Below are positions 25,603-37,772 of a DNA stretch of 64,000 bases, in pieces. The stretch spans positions 42,222,001-42,286,000 of the forward strand of contig OX597821.1 in NCBI GenBank assembly GCA_951406725.2, read 5' to 3'. The position numbers and the translations under genes were made by a program. Below the pieces are notes generated by a model, which saw only the letters and a program-made list of their open reading frames with translations, had not been told where the DNA came from and did no database searches. How positions within the stretch are numbered: position 1 is the first letter of the stretch; the number at the start of each line of letters is the position of its first letter. Source of the stretch: Octopus vulgaris (Eukaryota).

Positions 25603-26030
25603 AGGCGCAGGAGTGGCTGTGTGGTAAGTAGCTTGCTAACCAGCCACATGGTTCCGGGTTCAGTCCCACTGCGTGGCATATTGGGCAAGTGTCTTCTGCT
25701 ATAGCCCCGGGCCGACCAATGCCTTGTGAGTGGATTTGGTAGACGGAAACTGAAAGAAGCCTGTCGTATATATATATATATAAGTGTGTGTGTGTGTGTG
25801 TGTGTATATATGTTTGTGTGTCTGTGTTTGTCCCCCTAGCATTGCTTGACAACCGATGCTGGTGTGTTTACGTCCCTGTCACTTAGCGGTTCGGCAAAAG
25901 AGACCGATAGAATAAGTACTGGGCTTACAAAGAATAAGTCCCGGGGTCGATTTGCTCGACTAAAGGCGGTGCTCCAGCATGGCCGCAGTCAAATGACTGA
26001 AACAAGTAAAAGAGTAAAAGAGAGAGTAAA
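25603..26030 (+). mobile_element. Full-length bipartite SINE with internal (TA)n/(TG)n
   Basis: Head GGCGCAGGAGTGGCTGTGTGGTAAG...GGTTCAGTCCC and tail repeat GTAAAAGA. Other copies at about 27650-28015 (-), 42745-43170 (-), 59335-59485 (-), 6465-7060 and 56724. Confidence 0.85.
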
Positions 26031-26391
26031 ATTAGGGAGAAAACGGGGACGGGTGGAATTCGTTCCGAAATCTGTAGTTATGCCCTATTTTGTATCGGAG
26101 GTCGTCGTTGTTTATGTGCAGATTCAACAACCTTTATTATATAATCTCCTATAGGCCAGTAAACAATCTTCAGTGAGTAACAAAGCCATTGATGTTTTTT
26201 TCTTTCCTCGCTCATGATTTTTCTTGTTTTGGATTTATATTTTCATGTGGAATATCTATGTAATTAAGTATGCTGTAACAACGAGAGCCTCTGACATGGA
26301 TACAGTTCTGACGCGTGTTCAATAATAATTAAAAGGTTAGAAATTTTAATTTTAAAAATTACTGTTGAATTTTGAAAACATTTATAATTAC

Positions 26392-26487
26392 CTTAATGTT
26401 TGGCTGGGTTATAACTCTATAAGAGAAAGCAAAATTATTTCTTCGTAGATGCCTAAATAGTTTCATAGAAAGGCGGCGAGATAACAT
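26392..26487 (-). CDS. FXN: Frataxin coding exon 1 (mitochondrial targeting peptide)
   Basis: ATG at 26487 gives MLSRRLSMKLFRHLRRNNFAFSYRVITQPNIK, a typical presequence. Donor AAG|gtaatt, phase 0. CpG-retaining neighbourhood. Assigned to FXN by strand, position and phase. Confidence 0.75.
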
Positions 26488-26751
26488 GTTGGCACACTCA
26501 AAGGACAAACTGCAACTAAATAATTGAGTTATCTCCCCATGGTTTATCGGGTTTCGTGTCCTGGGCACAAGTTACAGGTACTTGGTAGGATAAACAAAAG
26601 ATGTTCACTTTTCAGCAAGGTTTATTGATTTGTGGGTATCGTACTAAGTGAAACGCGCAAAAACATGGTTTAGGGAAATAATCTTATCATTCAGGTTCTT
26701 TGTTTGCATGATATCAAAAATTATCTGGGTACTTCTTCGGTGTGTTTTTTT

Positions 26752-27002
26752 TTAATAATAATAATGAAAATATTGTATACAGTGCTCAGGTGCACCACAA
26801 CTTGTCAAAAGTGCGTATAAAGCATATGAAGTAATGTACAAATGTCTGGAGGGGAGAAAATCAGCTGTAGTATTGGCGAATTCCAGGAAGCATGGAAGTT
26901 TTGAAGGATGCAGTGTTCCGACAACTAACAACTGATGCCGGCAGTTTGTTCCATACTTCAGCAACTCTTAGCGTGAAAAAATGTTTCCGAAAGTCATGGG
27001 AG
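26752..27002 (-). mobile_element. CR1/L2-group LINE 3' end
   Basis: Minus frame SHDFRKHFFTLRVAEVWNKLPASVV...ASFK, the typical FF-x-x-RV-x-x-x-WN-x-LP C-terminus, followed by an (ATT)n tail. Confidence 0.75.
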
Positions 27003-27077
27003 TTTGTGTAGGGATTCCGAATAAGTACCATAATCTAATAGCCCATTAACTTTGGAATAGGTGTAGTAAATTAAATC

Positions 27078-27483
27078 GGATCTATTCCATCTCAATCACA
27101 GGTTTTTTAATTACGTTTTTTTTTTTTAACTAAACAGTTTGAAACTTCCAATACTGGTAAAATTTCTCAGGTAGAACACGGTTTACTCTTAACGTTTTTG
27201 ACAAAATTTCGTATTTTAGAAGTTGTTTCGTGTTAAAGTTGTCATATTTGGGTAATTTCAACCAATCAACGACGTGTATTCGGTTGAAGAAAACTACTGC
27301 TGTTTAAGATAGTAATTGAAGAGGAACAACTTCCGGGTCATCTCTACTAAATTCACCACTCTGTTCTCTGTTTACTCAAAAACGCTAAGAGTAAACCATG
27401 TTCTATGCAAGAAATTTTACCAGTATTTGAAGTTTCAAACTGTTTAGTTAAAGAAAAATTAATTGAAGAGATGGAATAGATCC
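27078..27483. mobile_element. MITE with GGATCTATTCC termini, long TIRs and 8-bp TSD (Merlin-like)
   Basis: ATTAAATC duplicated at 27070-27077 and 27484-27491; imperfect inverted arms of about 120 bp. Confidence 0.85.
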
Positions 27484-30400
27484 ATTAAATCAAACCTATA
27501 CATTACATGTATTTATTTTGCTGATCTCAGCCAGATAACAAGCTAAGTTGATTCTAAGGTTACACTTAGAATGTAAGTAGATGTAACTAAATACAGCAAA
27601 TATTTTGCTCAGCATTCTTCACTTTTTATCACACCACCGCACTTTATCTTTTACTTTCTTTTTAATTGTTTCAGTCATTAGACTGTAGCCATGCTGTTGC
27701 ACCACCTTGAAGAAGTTTAGTCCGATGAATCGATGACAGTACATATTTTCTTTAGAGCCTGATACCTATTCAGTCGGTCTTTTTGTTGAACCACAAAGTT
27801 ATGGTGACATAAACACCAGCATCTGTTGTTAAGCAGTAGTAGGGGTAAGCACACATATACGACAGGTTTCTTTCAATTTTTTTCTATGAAATCCACTCAC
27901 AAGGCTTTGGTTGGCCCAAGGCAATAATAGAAGACATTTGCTCGAGGTGCCACACAGTGGAACTGAGCCCAGAACCATGTGGTTGGGAACCAAACTGTTT
28001 GCCACACAGTCATGCATTATAGATAAAAAAGGTTTACTTTCCGTTCACCAACAGATAAATAGTAATGATCTCTGACATTGTCAAATACATATTTTAGAGA
28101 GGTAACAATCAATCAAATTGTTTCCTCGTATACCATTGTTGCTTATTTTATCAGTTTCAACAGAATGAAGATAACATCAACAATTTGAACTCAGAATGTA
28201 AAGAAATACGAATGAATACTGCAAGACAGTTTGTCTCTATAGATTCTTGTCTATATAGTACTAAAATTCAAATTTTGTTTGTCTACGTGTGTTCCTTCAT
28301 TTCAAGTTAAACAATGTACTGTAGACATAAAATGTTTTGATTAACTTACGCTTGGTCATAAGCCCATCTTGTGTATGAAAAAAATAAATTGAATGACTCT
28401 GACACAAAGAAACTTCAGACCAAGAATTTCATTTATTATTACACTGATACATTTAGAAAGCTTTCACCATCACTGACAACAAAGAAAATGAAGAGAACAT
28501 GCAAAGTTATACATACGTAAAAGACATACATGCATACATACATACAACTCTTTGAGATAAAATACAAATCATTCATAGCAGACAAATATATGTACATGAA
28601 TGGGTGCATACATACAAACACACACAAAATGAAAAGAATATGCATACTGATATGAAAGGATCGCACACGCACACACAGTTCTGTAATAATATATATCATT
28701 GTCATTTGTTTTTTCTTAATTCTCACAATCTTTCAAATAGCTCACATTCATTCTTTATGCTTTATTCTCTCCTCTGTATCTGATGCTCTCTTTCTAGAGA
28801 GCTAACTGCAGGAAAAGAATTTAGCTTAAACGAAGCAATTACAATTGCCATTTGTTGGTTTGGAGAAAACCTTTGACAGGGTCCTTTACTCTGTGATATG
28901 GTCGTCACTGAAGAAGCTATGAGTAGAATGGCTTGTGTAGGGGAATTGTCAGCAAGATGAAAGTAATGAGTACAGCAATTTAGTGTGCAGGATTCATTTG
29001 TCAACTATCATATTCATTGTAGTCCCACAGGTCATAACAGAGGAAGTTAAGACTGGTTGTCCTTGGGAATTACTGTATGGTAGTGAGATGTAGTCTTTAA
29101 TGGTATAGATATAGAAAGAAATGTATATAATGTTCTAGTGCCTGAATGACAGCGTACATCCATGAGCTGTAAGGAGAACAGGAAATAAGAGCTAATGAGA
29201 TGTAAAATGTAAGACAGATCAATAGGCATTTTGAACATCATGCTCAAAATGGATGGAACCATCTTAGGAGGACGAGTTCAAATGATGAATGTTGATCACA
29301 AGATGCTGAGCCTCACAAAACAAATGACAAAAAACACAAAGATTAGTGACACGTATTGGACAAGACCACCATCCATGCAATCATAGCAAAATGTTGGATG
29401 TGATGGGAGCTGGCCTGTGTATATCTACATTGGGTTACACCTAATATATTCATGTTCAGTCATTTGCTCTCCTACCAATTTATTATTCACTCCTGCTTCT
29501 ATTTATTGTACCATGTCACCTGTGTAATACAAGGGATAGTAATGGATCTGTCAACATTTAGTTCTGCTCCATGCTATCACTATCTCTTACTTCCATCATG
29601 ATGTCTGTATACTGGGGGATTGCACCAGGTCTGTTGATTTCTAATACATTCTGCTCTCTTCTTTGGTAGTGCTTGCCAACACTCTTTCTCAGATCTCTCA
29701 TTATTGAGATCTCCACTATCTCTTATGACTACCTACCATTTGCACTTTCTCTAACCAGCATACATATGCCTTCTGTATTGCTAGTCATCACTACCTCTTC
29801 CACGGGTAATTTGTTATTGATATACTTCACTCTCTTTTTAACAGCAGCTCTCCACCATTACCGTCTTTCTTCTATTACTTCTGTCATCATACTCTCACTT
29901 TCTTTATTCTCTCACCTGCCCTCTCTTCTATTCATCCTTTTGGTAAGATTATTTTGAACAAAAGAAGTAGTGAAAACTCATTTGTCTTTCTATGGCAACC
30001 TCACTAGCGTCACAGAAACCAAGTTGAAAATGGATATAAGTGAAATTTGGTTCTTCAACCTGACTAGTGGGTAGTGCTTCTGGATTAGAACTGACTTTTA
30101 GCATGGAAAGTGGATGTAAAATGACAAGAACAGGTTTCTGCAAAGTTTCTATCAAACAGTTTTTCTCACAAAGTATTGACCAACTTGAAGCTGTGGTGCA
30201 AGGCATTTGCTTAAAGTTCTGTGCAGTGAGAGTAAGTATCTTTTGACACATGGCTATATTCGCACCCAAGACTGTTACTAGTAAAACACTTCTCCGTTAT
30301 ACAGTGCCTTTCTCATGTTAACATTGAACAACTTTTTCCTGTTTTTTCATTCAACCAACATAACAGCTGTAACCATCACTTCTTTTTGTTCTGGAATATT

Positions 30401-30818
30401 GTATTCACTGTCCTTCCTTTATTTAAAATGGAAATGATTTGAAGATTTGACTGTTAATTTTAGCAAGTTGAATGACTGTATAAAAGCCCTCTCACTGTTT
30501 TACATAGAGACTATCTTATTAGCTTACATAAAATCTCTCTCAGCTGTTCAGGTAAAGCTTCTGCATGTACTTATTTGACTGGCAAACCATGTGCCATAAG
30601 TTTGGTATGAAACTCAGCAAAAGGTTTTATGGCTTTTGTTTCTCTGAATTAGCAATCTGTATACATCTTCGCCAAAGTGTACATAATGCACCTGCATCAT
30701 TTATTATCTTCTTTAAGGTGTTTCATGACTAAAGCAGATTTTTCAACTCACAACTACAACCCATGATCTCCTGAGAGACATCAAACAATGGAGCAATCAA
30801 CATGAACAACAACTGCAA

Positions 30819-31214
30819 GTGGAGGCACAATGGCCCAGTGGTTAGGGCAGCGGACTCATGGTCGGAGGATCACGGTTTCGATTCCCGGATCGGGCGTTGT
30901 GTGTGTTTATTGAGCGAAAACACCTAAAGCTCCACGAGGTTCTGGCAGGGGGTGGTGGCAACCCTTGTTGTACTCTTTCACTCCAACTTTTTCTCTTTCT
31001 TCCTGTTTCTTGTCCCCAACTTCCTACGCAACCGCTGAGCCTGGATGTGCATTCATCCATCCATTGATGCTCTCGGTGTTGGGGGTTGACCTACTTTCTC
31101 TTCTGCGGGTCTTACGAATAGCAAAGGACCACGTTTCGGACTTCTCCCACTACAGACAATCCTGAGGCGCGATCTTGCAAGCTCTGGGACGAAGACCGCT
31201 TCGTTCAACAAACA
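30819..31214 (+). mobile_element. tRNA-derived SINE (same head as 21476, different tail)
   Basis: GTGGAGGCACAATGGCCCAGTGG...GGTTTCGATTCC head, (CAAA)n tail, and AACAACTGCA duplicated at 30808 and 31215. Confidence 0.85.
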
Positions 31215-33159
31215 AACAACTGCATCAACCCCCAACCTGAGAAGAGCTGCTAAGATTATGTAAGGGTTCTGTCCCTCTCAGGACTAAATAAATAATGAAA
31301 AGGCAGTGGCACCTGTTTATAGCTGATTGAACCGAGAAAAGCAATGTACTGAACATAACAGACAAGTTTACTCATTCAAAAGAATTTGTTCTATTCAAAT
31401 TCAGTACCCGTTACCAGTCAAGACATTTGGTCAGTACTATGATGTTGAATATGTAAACTGTAAATCATGAAGATTATTCATGAGAAAACAATTTGATTTG
31501 TACAAATCTTATCTCATTGTCCAATATAATGCTAACATTTCATAATATACATAAAAAAAAATTAAACTAGTCAAAATAGTAATTTGGAATTCAGGAATAG
31601 AGTGGAAAGTTTAGAAGTATGTTGTAAAAGCCCATACAAATATGAAGGATAGTGAAAAAAAAGGAGCATAATTTAAAAATTACTGATTTGTACTGTTCTA
31701 ATTCAAACTTACAATCTCATTTGGGGAACAATATTTCATAGTTCCTGTTAGTGTCCAAGGATGATATAAAGTACCAGCTAAAACCATTCCAATACAATTC
31801 CCTCCAAAAAAAACTCTATTTTAAAGAAAGAACTATCCTCTGATATGTGTGTATCTGTGCAACAGAGAGGGAAATTAAAACTGCATATGTTATGAACTTA
31901 GAATATGTGTTTATTAATAAAAGTTTAATAACGATAATCTTTTTATTCATACGAACGTAATAGATATTAAATATGTCATAAATAACAGTGACAAATTCAT
32001 ATGACACCGCAAATAATTGTTGTTGACAAAGATCCGGAGAAATTGTATTTACCTCAATAGACGTCATTGATTGGTTGAAATTGTCGAAATGCAAGAAATT
32101 AAGCAACAAATACCTTACAAACTACAGAATTTTCTCAAGAAAGCCGAGAGAAAAATATGTTTTATGTAACACACTACCAGTATACGAAGTTTAAAAGTGT
32201 TTAGTTACAAAGAAATTATTTTAAAAAATCTGCCGGCCAAAGTGAAAAGATATCCAAATTTAATTCAATTAAAAATAGAATGGAGTGGATAGTGAATCTG
32301 ACCTTTGTCAGCATGGACATATTTTTGGCTTTATTAAACTGCATGAGCGAATGTAGTTTAACCCTTTAGCATTCAGATTACTCTGTCAAATGAAATATTT
32401 ATTCATACTATTTTGAAATAATCACGTATCATCTTGTGGCTTTGAGATTTCCATGATGTGATTGTTTATTTTTAGAATGGCATTGTGGAATACGCGTGAG
32501 AGGTCAAGTCTGGTCAGTTCGAACATAAAACAGGTAGATCGGTCAGATATGGCCGGCTTAAATGTTACTGCCGAGCCCTTAGAATCACTCGTTGTAATAT
32601 AGTTGTAGAGTGAGAGGTCAGTGAGGTTGTTGCTGTTTAGCCACTGACCTAAAAATATTGCGGTCAAGACCGTGCTGTTTTTACCAAGCATAATGTAAAA
32701 TCACATTATTCAGTTTGTCCTTTCATTGTCTTTTTTAAGAACCATTTGAGGGAGATATGACTGCTATTTTTTGCAATTTGATCGAGGACGTAGACTCCGT
32801 TGGAGGTTATTGCTTGGTTCTAGATCAGCCCGTCCTGACTCAGCAAACCCATGATCCAAGACAATACAACCGTAACCCTTCCGTATTTAAAAAAAAAAGA
32901 CCTGTGAGTTTGAGGGAAATTTAGGAGCTATTTCTAGTTGATTGAGCTCCCTTGTTAGTGCAGTTATGATTGCCATTTAGCCCAGTATCAGCCCTAACTG
33001 AGCAAACACATGTTCAAAGGCATTTCCTTTCCAGTCGTGACTATAATGACTAGAGGGGTTTGGCTGCTATTTCTAGCAAACTGATTGACTGTGTGAAGGT
33101 TCCCATGACAGGCTCACGTTGTCATTGAAATTGTTTACAGAAAGGAGGGGAAAGGTGAT

Positions 33160-33262
33160 CTAGTGACGTAGTCTCACTAAGTACAGGAAGTGACGTCAGG
33201 TACCTCGGTTACCTAGACGAACTCTCACGAAACTCTCGTCGAGATTTCTTAGCGTCAGTGAA
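33160..33262 (+). promoter_or_regulatory. COX5B proximal promoter with ETS site overlapping a full CRE
   Basis: TGACGTA at 33164, CAGGAAGTG at 33184-33192 overlapping the TGACGTCA palindrome at 33191-33198, and Inr-like TCAGT at 33255. Locally CpG-rich with no TATA box, 20-120 nt upstream of the ATG. Confidence 0.55.
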
Positions 33263-33280
33263 GCTCTCTTCTTTTGCAGC

Positions 33281-33404
33281 ATGGCTTTCTCTTTACGTCG
33301 GCTTGCCTCGAATATTGTGAGTAAACAGAGGCCAGTTTTACTATGTCTGGCTAGAAGTTCTTCAGCCGGTGGCAAGCCTGTCGACCACCACAAAGGCAAA
33401 GTTG
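33281..33404 (+). CDS. COX5B: Cytochrome c oxidase subunit 5B, coding exon 1 (mitochondrial presequence)
   Basis: ATG at 33281 gives MAFSLRRLASNIVSKQRPVLLCLARSSSAGGKPVDHHKGKV, an Arg/Ser/Leu-rich, acid-poor N-terminus. Donor G|GTGAGT at 33405, phase 1, joins in frame to exon 2. Confidence 0.9.
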
Positions 33405-34312
33405 GTGAGTGAGACCCTCTTTAAATTAACCCAATCCTGCCCGCCACTTCTCGTTCATTTGCATATCGCCCCACACCTCCATCACAACTGCACCAACCTT
33501 GCAACCTTCTTCATTTCGTTCTTACGTAACAAAACCCATCTTTCTTCAAAACAGCTTCTCTCTTATTCCAATGTCTGTCTTACATCAGAAATTTACTGTT
33601 GTGGCTGCTTCTTTTCACAACGTTTTTACAATAATTTTGCTTTAATTACTTGGCTGTCGCTTGGTGAGAGCGGGAGGGCAGTTCAAGGTGAAAACAGTCA
33701 CGTTTGATTGGAATTGTTGTAGTTTAGCTGTGGATATTCAATGGGCATTTTGTCACGTAAACCACTTTCTACGATGAAAGTAGAATTTCGACTTATGTAT
33801 ATAGATTCTTTTTTTTGTATCGAATATTTTCATTTCACGCTTGTACTCCTCTGCACATTATATATGTATATATTCGTGCAAATGGTCAAATATCTTAATA
33901 TATATTGCATTCCTGTATATTAGAGTCGGAAATTATCTAGTGCTTCTTAAAGCTTCTATTTGGATGTGTATTTTTCAAACATAAATTACGAATCTGAAAA
34001 ATAAAAGGTGGATGGGGTGGGGGTCCTTTTGTCATTTGTTAGTTTTGGATGAATCATAAGGGACACTGAATAGTCCCCATGTCCTTACCTACAAGATAGA
34101 GGAACTAATTTGGGCAATTGCATTGGGTTTCACCTTTTTTTCTTTTTTTGAATTGTTAATTATATTTTATTACAATATCAATACTTTCATTATTGAATAC
34201 ATTTTCATTATTTCGCTCAGATATTTGGAATGAAGTGAACCTACTTTTTTTTCTGCTTAAGGGGCAACATTTTTCCAGACAACCACATAAGGGTTATTAC
34301 TATGGGGCTACC

Positions 34313-34346
<34 letters not shown>

Positions 34347-35189
34347 GAATTAGTGGAGAATAAGATTTTTGCACGAGGTTTAGTTGTTTATAATAGACTA
34401 AAATATTCCTTTAGACCACACTAACTACGATTTTAAATTAGGAAACTATACATTATATGTCTTTACAGGCAGGGTTCTTACGGTTTGAATGTCTTTGAGC
34501 ATAGGTTTGATCAAAGTGGATTTAGGTTTAAACTACAATGTGTGAGCCAATTCTACTTCAATGAATTGAAGTGAGTTTAAAGTTCAGGCTGTCAAGTGGA
34601 AACAGATTTAAATAATTTAGATAAGCGACTGTGTTCAACGATAATTACATTTATTTTTGGATCTATCTGCAGGACACTATTTTAAAGCATTTAATCTCCA
34701 GGACACTATTTTAAAGCATTTTCACATTTAGTTATTACTTTCATTTATCAATGAATTGTTTGCTTGGAAAGTCCCCTGAATCTTTTTATGCATTAAGCCC
34801 CTACTTTTCCTCATAAAAATTTAAGTTTTGCCTTCAGAACCAAATATAATGAGCCTTTTCTCCCATTCAAATTGTTGTAAAACGTGTGTAGTTATTGAAA
34901 TTTATGATTTATCGAAAAATATTAACTTTTTCTGTTTAACCGGTAAGTATACCTAGATATAAGCTGCTTCATGGTAGACCTTAAAATTTTATAGCAAATT
35001 TTTAACAGATTGCAAATTTTAACAAATTTAGAAAAGTGTTTAGTAATCAAGTTTGTTGTTTAACCCAAGGTCAAAACTTGATCGAGTAGAGCTTATAATC
35101 AACAATATTTCAGTGTAATATAGGACTTACATTACCTAATGTATCCTATTATTAAACATTACTTAATATATCCATCCTATTGCTGTTAA

Positions 35190-35410
35190 GGCCGCGAGCT
35201 GGCAGAATCATTGCCGCGTCCGAACTAAATGCTTAGCGGTATTTCTTTTGGCTTTACTTTCTGAGTTCAAATGTCACCAAGGTCGATTTCACTTTTCATC
35301 CTTTAGGTGTCGTGTAAAAACGTACCTGTCGAACACTGGGATCGATGATATCGATTTACTCCTGCCCCATAAAGTTGCTGGCCTTGTGCCAAAATGTGAA
35401 ATCATCGTTA
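35190..35410 (+). mobile_element. SINE of the GAGCTGGCAGAATC...TTCTGAGTTCAAAT family
   Basis: Matches copies at about 61812-62030 (+), 62030-62245 (-), 63456-63690 (+), 2416-2560, 41360-41565 and 59760-59945. Confidence 0.75.
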
Positions 35411-36187
35411 TTATAATTATTATTTGGGATTTACTTGCCAAGCAGTTCCACTGTGTTGGTAATCCCCTTTTCTGTAGTGGGAGAAATAGTAGGAAGCGAG
35501 GCAAAATAACTTGTCATTGGATCTTTGAGTTCCTGCAATCGATAAAATAAGTATCGAACGACTCTACCTGTCCCTTCCACATAGTTTTCATTATTATGAC
35601 AGTTACGTAAAAATAAAAAGTTTATTTTTTTAAATCATTCAAATATGCTACAAGCAGTTCTTAGCCATGGTTTGGTGTTAATAACTTAAGGTCTACTTTA
35701 TATAATTTTATACAGCTCACTGCCGAATACGCAGTCATTTCGTTGGTCTTAGATCTTAATCGAAGCTCCATTTCTTGTGAATTCCGTCAGGTTATAATGA
35801 TATATTTCAGATGACCTCTGATAGAGTTGAGGTCATTATTTTGTACTCACCACTTTTAGCTCTTTTTCGTTTTTTTATTTTTAGCAAGAGTGATTTCTAA
35901 CCATTTGTTATTTCACTTCACTTTATTGTGATGATAATGATGCTTTACCTTTGAATCAGTAGGCCTTGCATCAAAGGTGTTCCGGCTGTAACCAACTATT
36001 TTTTTATTTTTATATTGGACTACATTATATTTCTCAGTATTTCTTATTTAAGACGGTGTAGTGTGTTTTGATTTGAGGGAAATTTGATTACTATTTCTAA
36101 CAGGTCAAGAAATTACATGTAATGACAATGGCTTCACAGCTGTTTTTTCTTTTCACTTCCTCTTTACAGTTCCTGCGATAGTTTCTG

Positions 36188-36373
36188 CTACTCTGAACTG
36201 TCATCGCCAAGTACTTGCACTAAATATTCCTGTCCTTCCTTCACATATACGCCTTCCCCGACACCATAGAATTCCCATCCTGGCCATACCCGCAGTTGTA
36301 CAAACTGATTATAAATCGTATCGATCTTAGAGGACTTGTAGAGGTTATACGGTTGTTGACCCTCCTCCATGGC
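36188..36373 (-). CDS. Candidate nested antisense small-protein exon (60 aa, unknown function)
   Basis: Long polypyrimidine acceptor ...ttcttttgtttatgtcag|GCCATGG with ideal Kozak context. Non-repetitive ORF MEEGQQPYNLYKSSKIDTIYNQFVQLRVWPGWEFYGVGEGVYVKEGQEYLVQVLGDDSSE*. No recognised homology. Confidence 0.4.
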   Translation of the reverse strand, partial: AMEEGQQPYNLYKSSKIDTIYNQFVQLRVWPGWEFYGVGEGVYVKEGQEYLVQVLGDDSSE

Positions 36374-37452
36374 CTGACATAAACAAAAGAAATCGGGTGA
36401 AAAAAAATAAAACAGGATTAATGAAAATATAAATTACCTTCTAAAGAAAATAACGATTTCTTTTACGAGCCTACAAGGGTTCTTTGTCATCGCTCGACTT
36501 GGTAGAAATAGCAAATAAAATTTCTTCAAATTACACTTCATTTTTTAAAAAATGAATGTTCTGTTGGATAATGTAGTCAGGATTACATAAATGAGACGGT
36601 CACGGCTGAATTATCTTTGATCATAAGCCAGCTCAATCAGGGCTAAGAGATGTTTATTTTAATTGCGTTAATAGTTACTTAATGACGAAAAATAATGTGC
36701 AAGTTTTTATGATTTTCTATTTACAAAATTGTCAATTTGTGAGTTATTGCTACAAGGGGTGTAACTCTTTAATTGTTGGTCAAATCAGTGGGAGGACTCG
36801 GTGGAGCTTTTGTTTTAAGCTTTGTGGAGCAGTTAAAATAGCTTATCACAGAAGTGAAGATAGATACCCTTCCAAAATTTCGAACTTCCTACGTATTATC
36901 TTCACACACGCACATCCAGTCGCTATTTCTGTTATCTTGTGATGTCAATTGACCTTGACATTCTGGTTAACTCTAACCAGATCTACACCTGCTTGTTATT
37001 GTGCTTTAACCACTTAACTGCTTCCTTATTTAACCGTTCTGTCTTTTGTGTTGGCTCACGATCGAGTTACGAGCGTTAACTTTTTACAACAGGTTATATT
37101 ATTTTTGTTCGTGTATCCTGTTGACCTTTCTTTTTTCTTTTTTTTTCTTTTTTAACCCTAGACGTTAACAAATGTGTTTTCATAGTATTCTGTTACAAGT
37201 CTATATAAAAATAGAAATAGCAGTAATGTTTATTTTTGATAAGTTAACTTTAGGTTTATCACACACTACCTAAACAAGTATTAGGAGCTAATTATTCATT
37301 CTGGTTTCCAAACAATCGTGGGTTTGTTAATAGAAATGTCTATTTGGGAGGCACAGCTACTTTTAGTTTTTTTTTTTTTAAGGAGCTGCAGCTATCGACT
37401 GCGTGGGTATAAGATAAAATCCTTTGTCTATTCTTTGTATTTTTCTCTAGAG

Positions 37453-37772
37453 CAGTGGTTCTCCACCATCATTTATCTACGAATCTCTTTGATTACTATT
37501 TTACTCTGGTGGACCCTCGTAGACATTTGATGTTTAAAAACTAGCTTTACAGATACTTCTTTTAAAATTCCTATTTTGTTTTTCAAACATTCCCTTGTGT
37601 AGGTTGAACTGTGAGAAATGTTAGAGAAAGAAAACTAGCTGTTTCCTGCAATTTACTGCAATTTGCTACATCTGAAGCAAATTTTTTTCATACTACTTTG
37701 CGACCCCAATTTACTATTTTGCTTATGTGGACCCCCCCAAAATCTTATATGGATCTCAGTTGAGAACTACTG
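37453..37772. mobile_element. hAT (Charlie-type) MITE
   Basis: CAGTGGTTCTC...GAGAACTACTG termini; 8-bp TSD CTCTAGAG at 37445 and 37773 (NTCTAGAN target). Confidence 0.9.

Noticed and set aside
16957-26391. Friedreich-type (GAA)n tract in FXN intron 1
   Set aside because: No extended GAA repeat is present.
33250-33266. Iron-responsive element in the COX5B 5' UTR (CAGTGA loop)
   Set aside because: The upper stem needs a bulge and the required unpaired C five bases before the loop is absent.
36880-36925. Minus-strand CVCEDNT resembling vertebrate COX5B CICEEDNT
   Set aside because: Followed immediately by a stop, with no flanking similarity; most likely chance.
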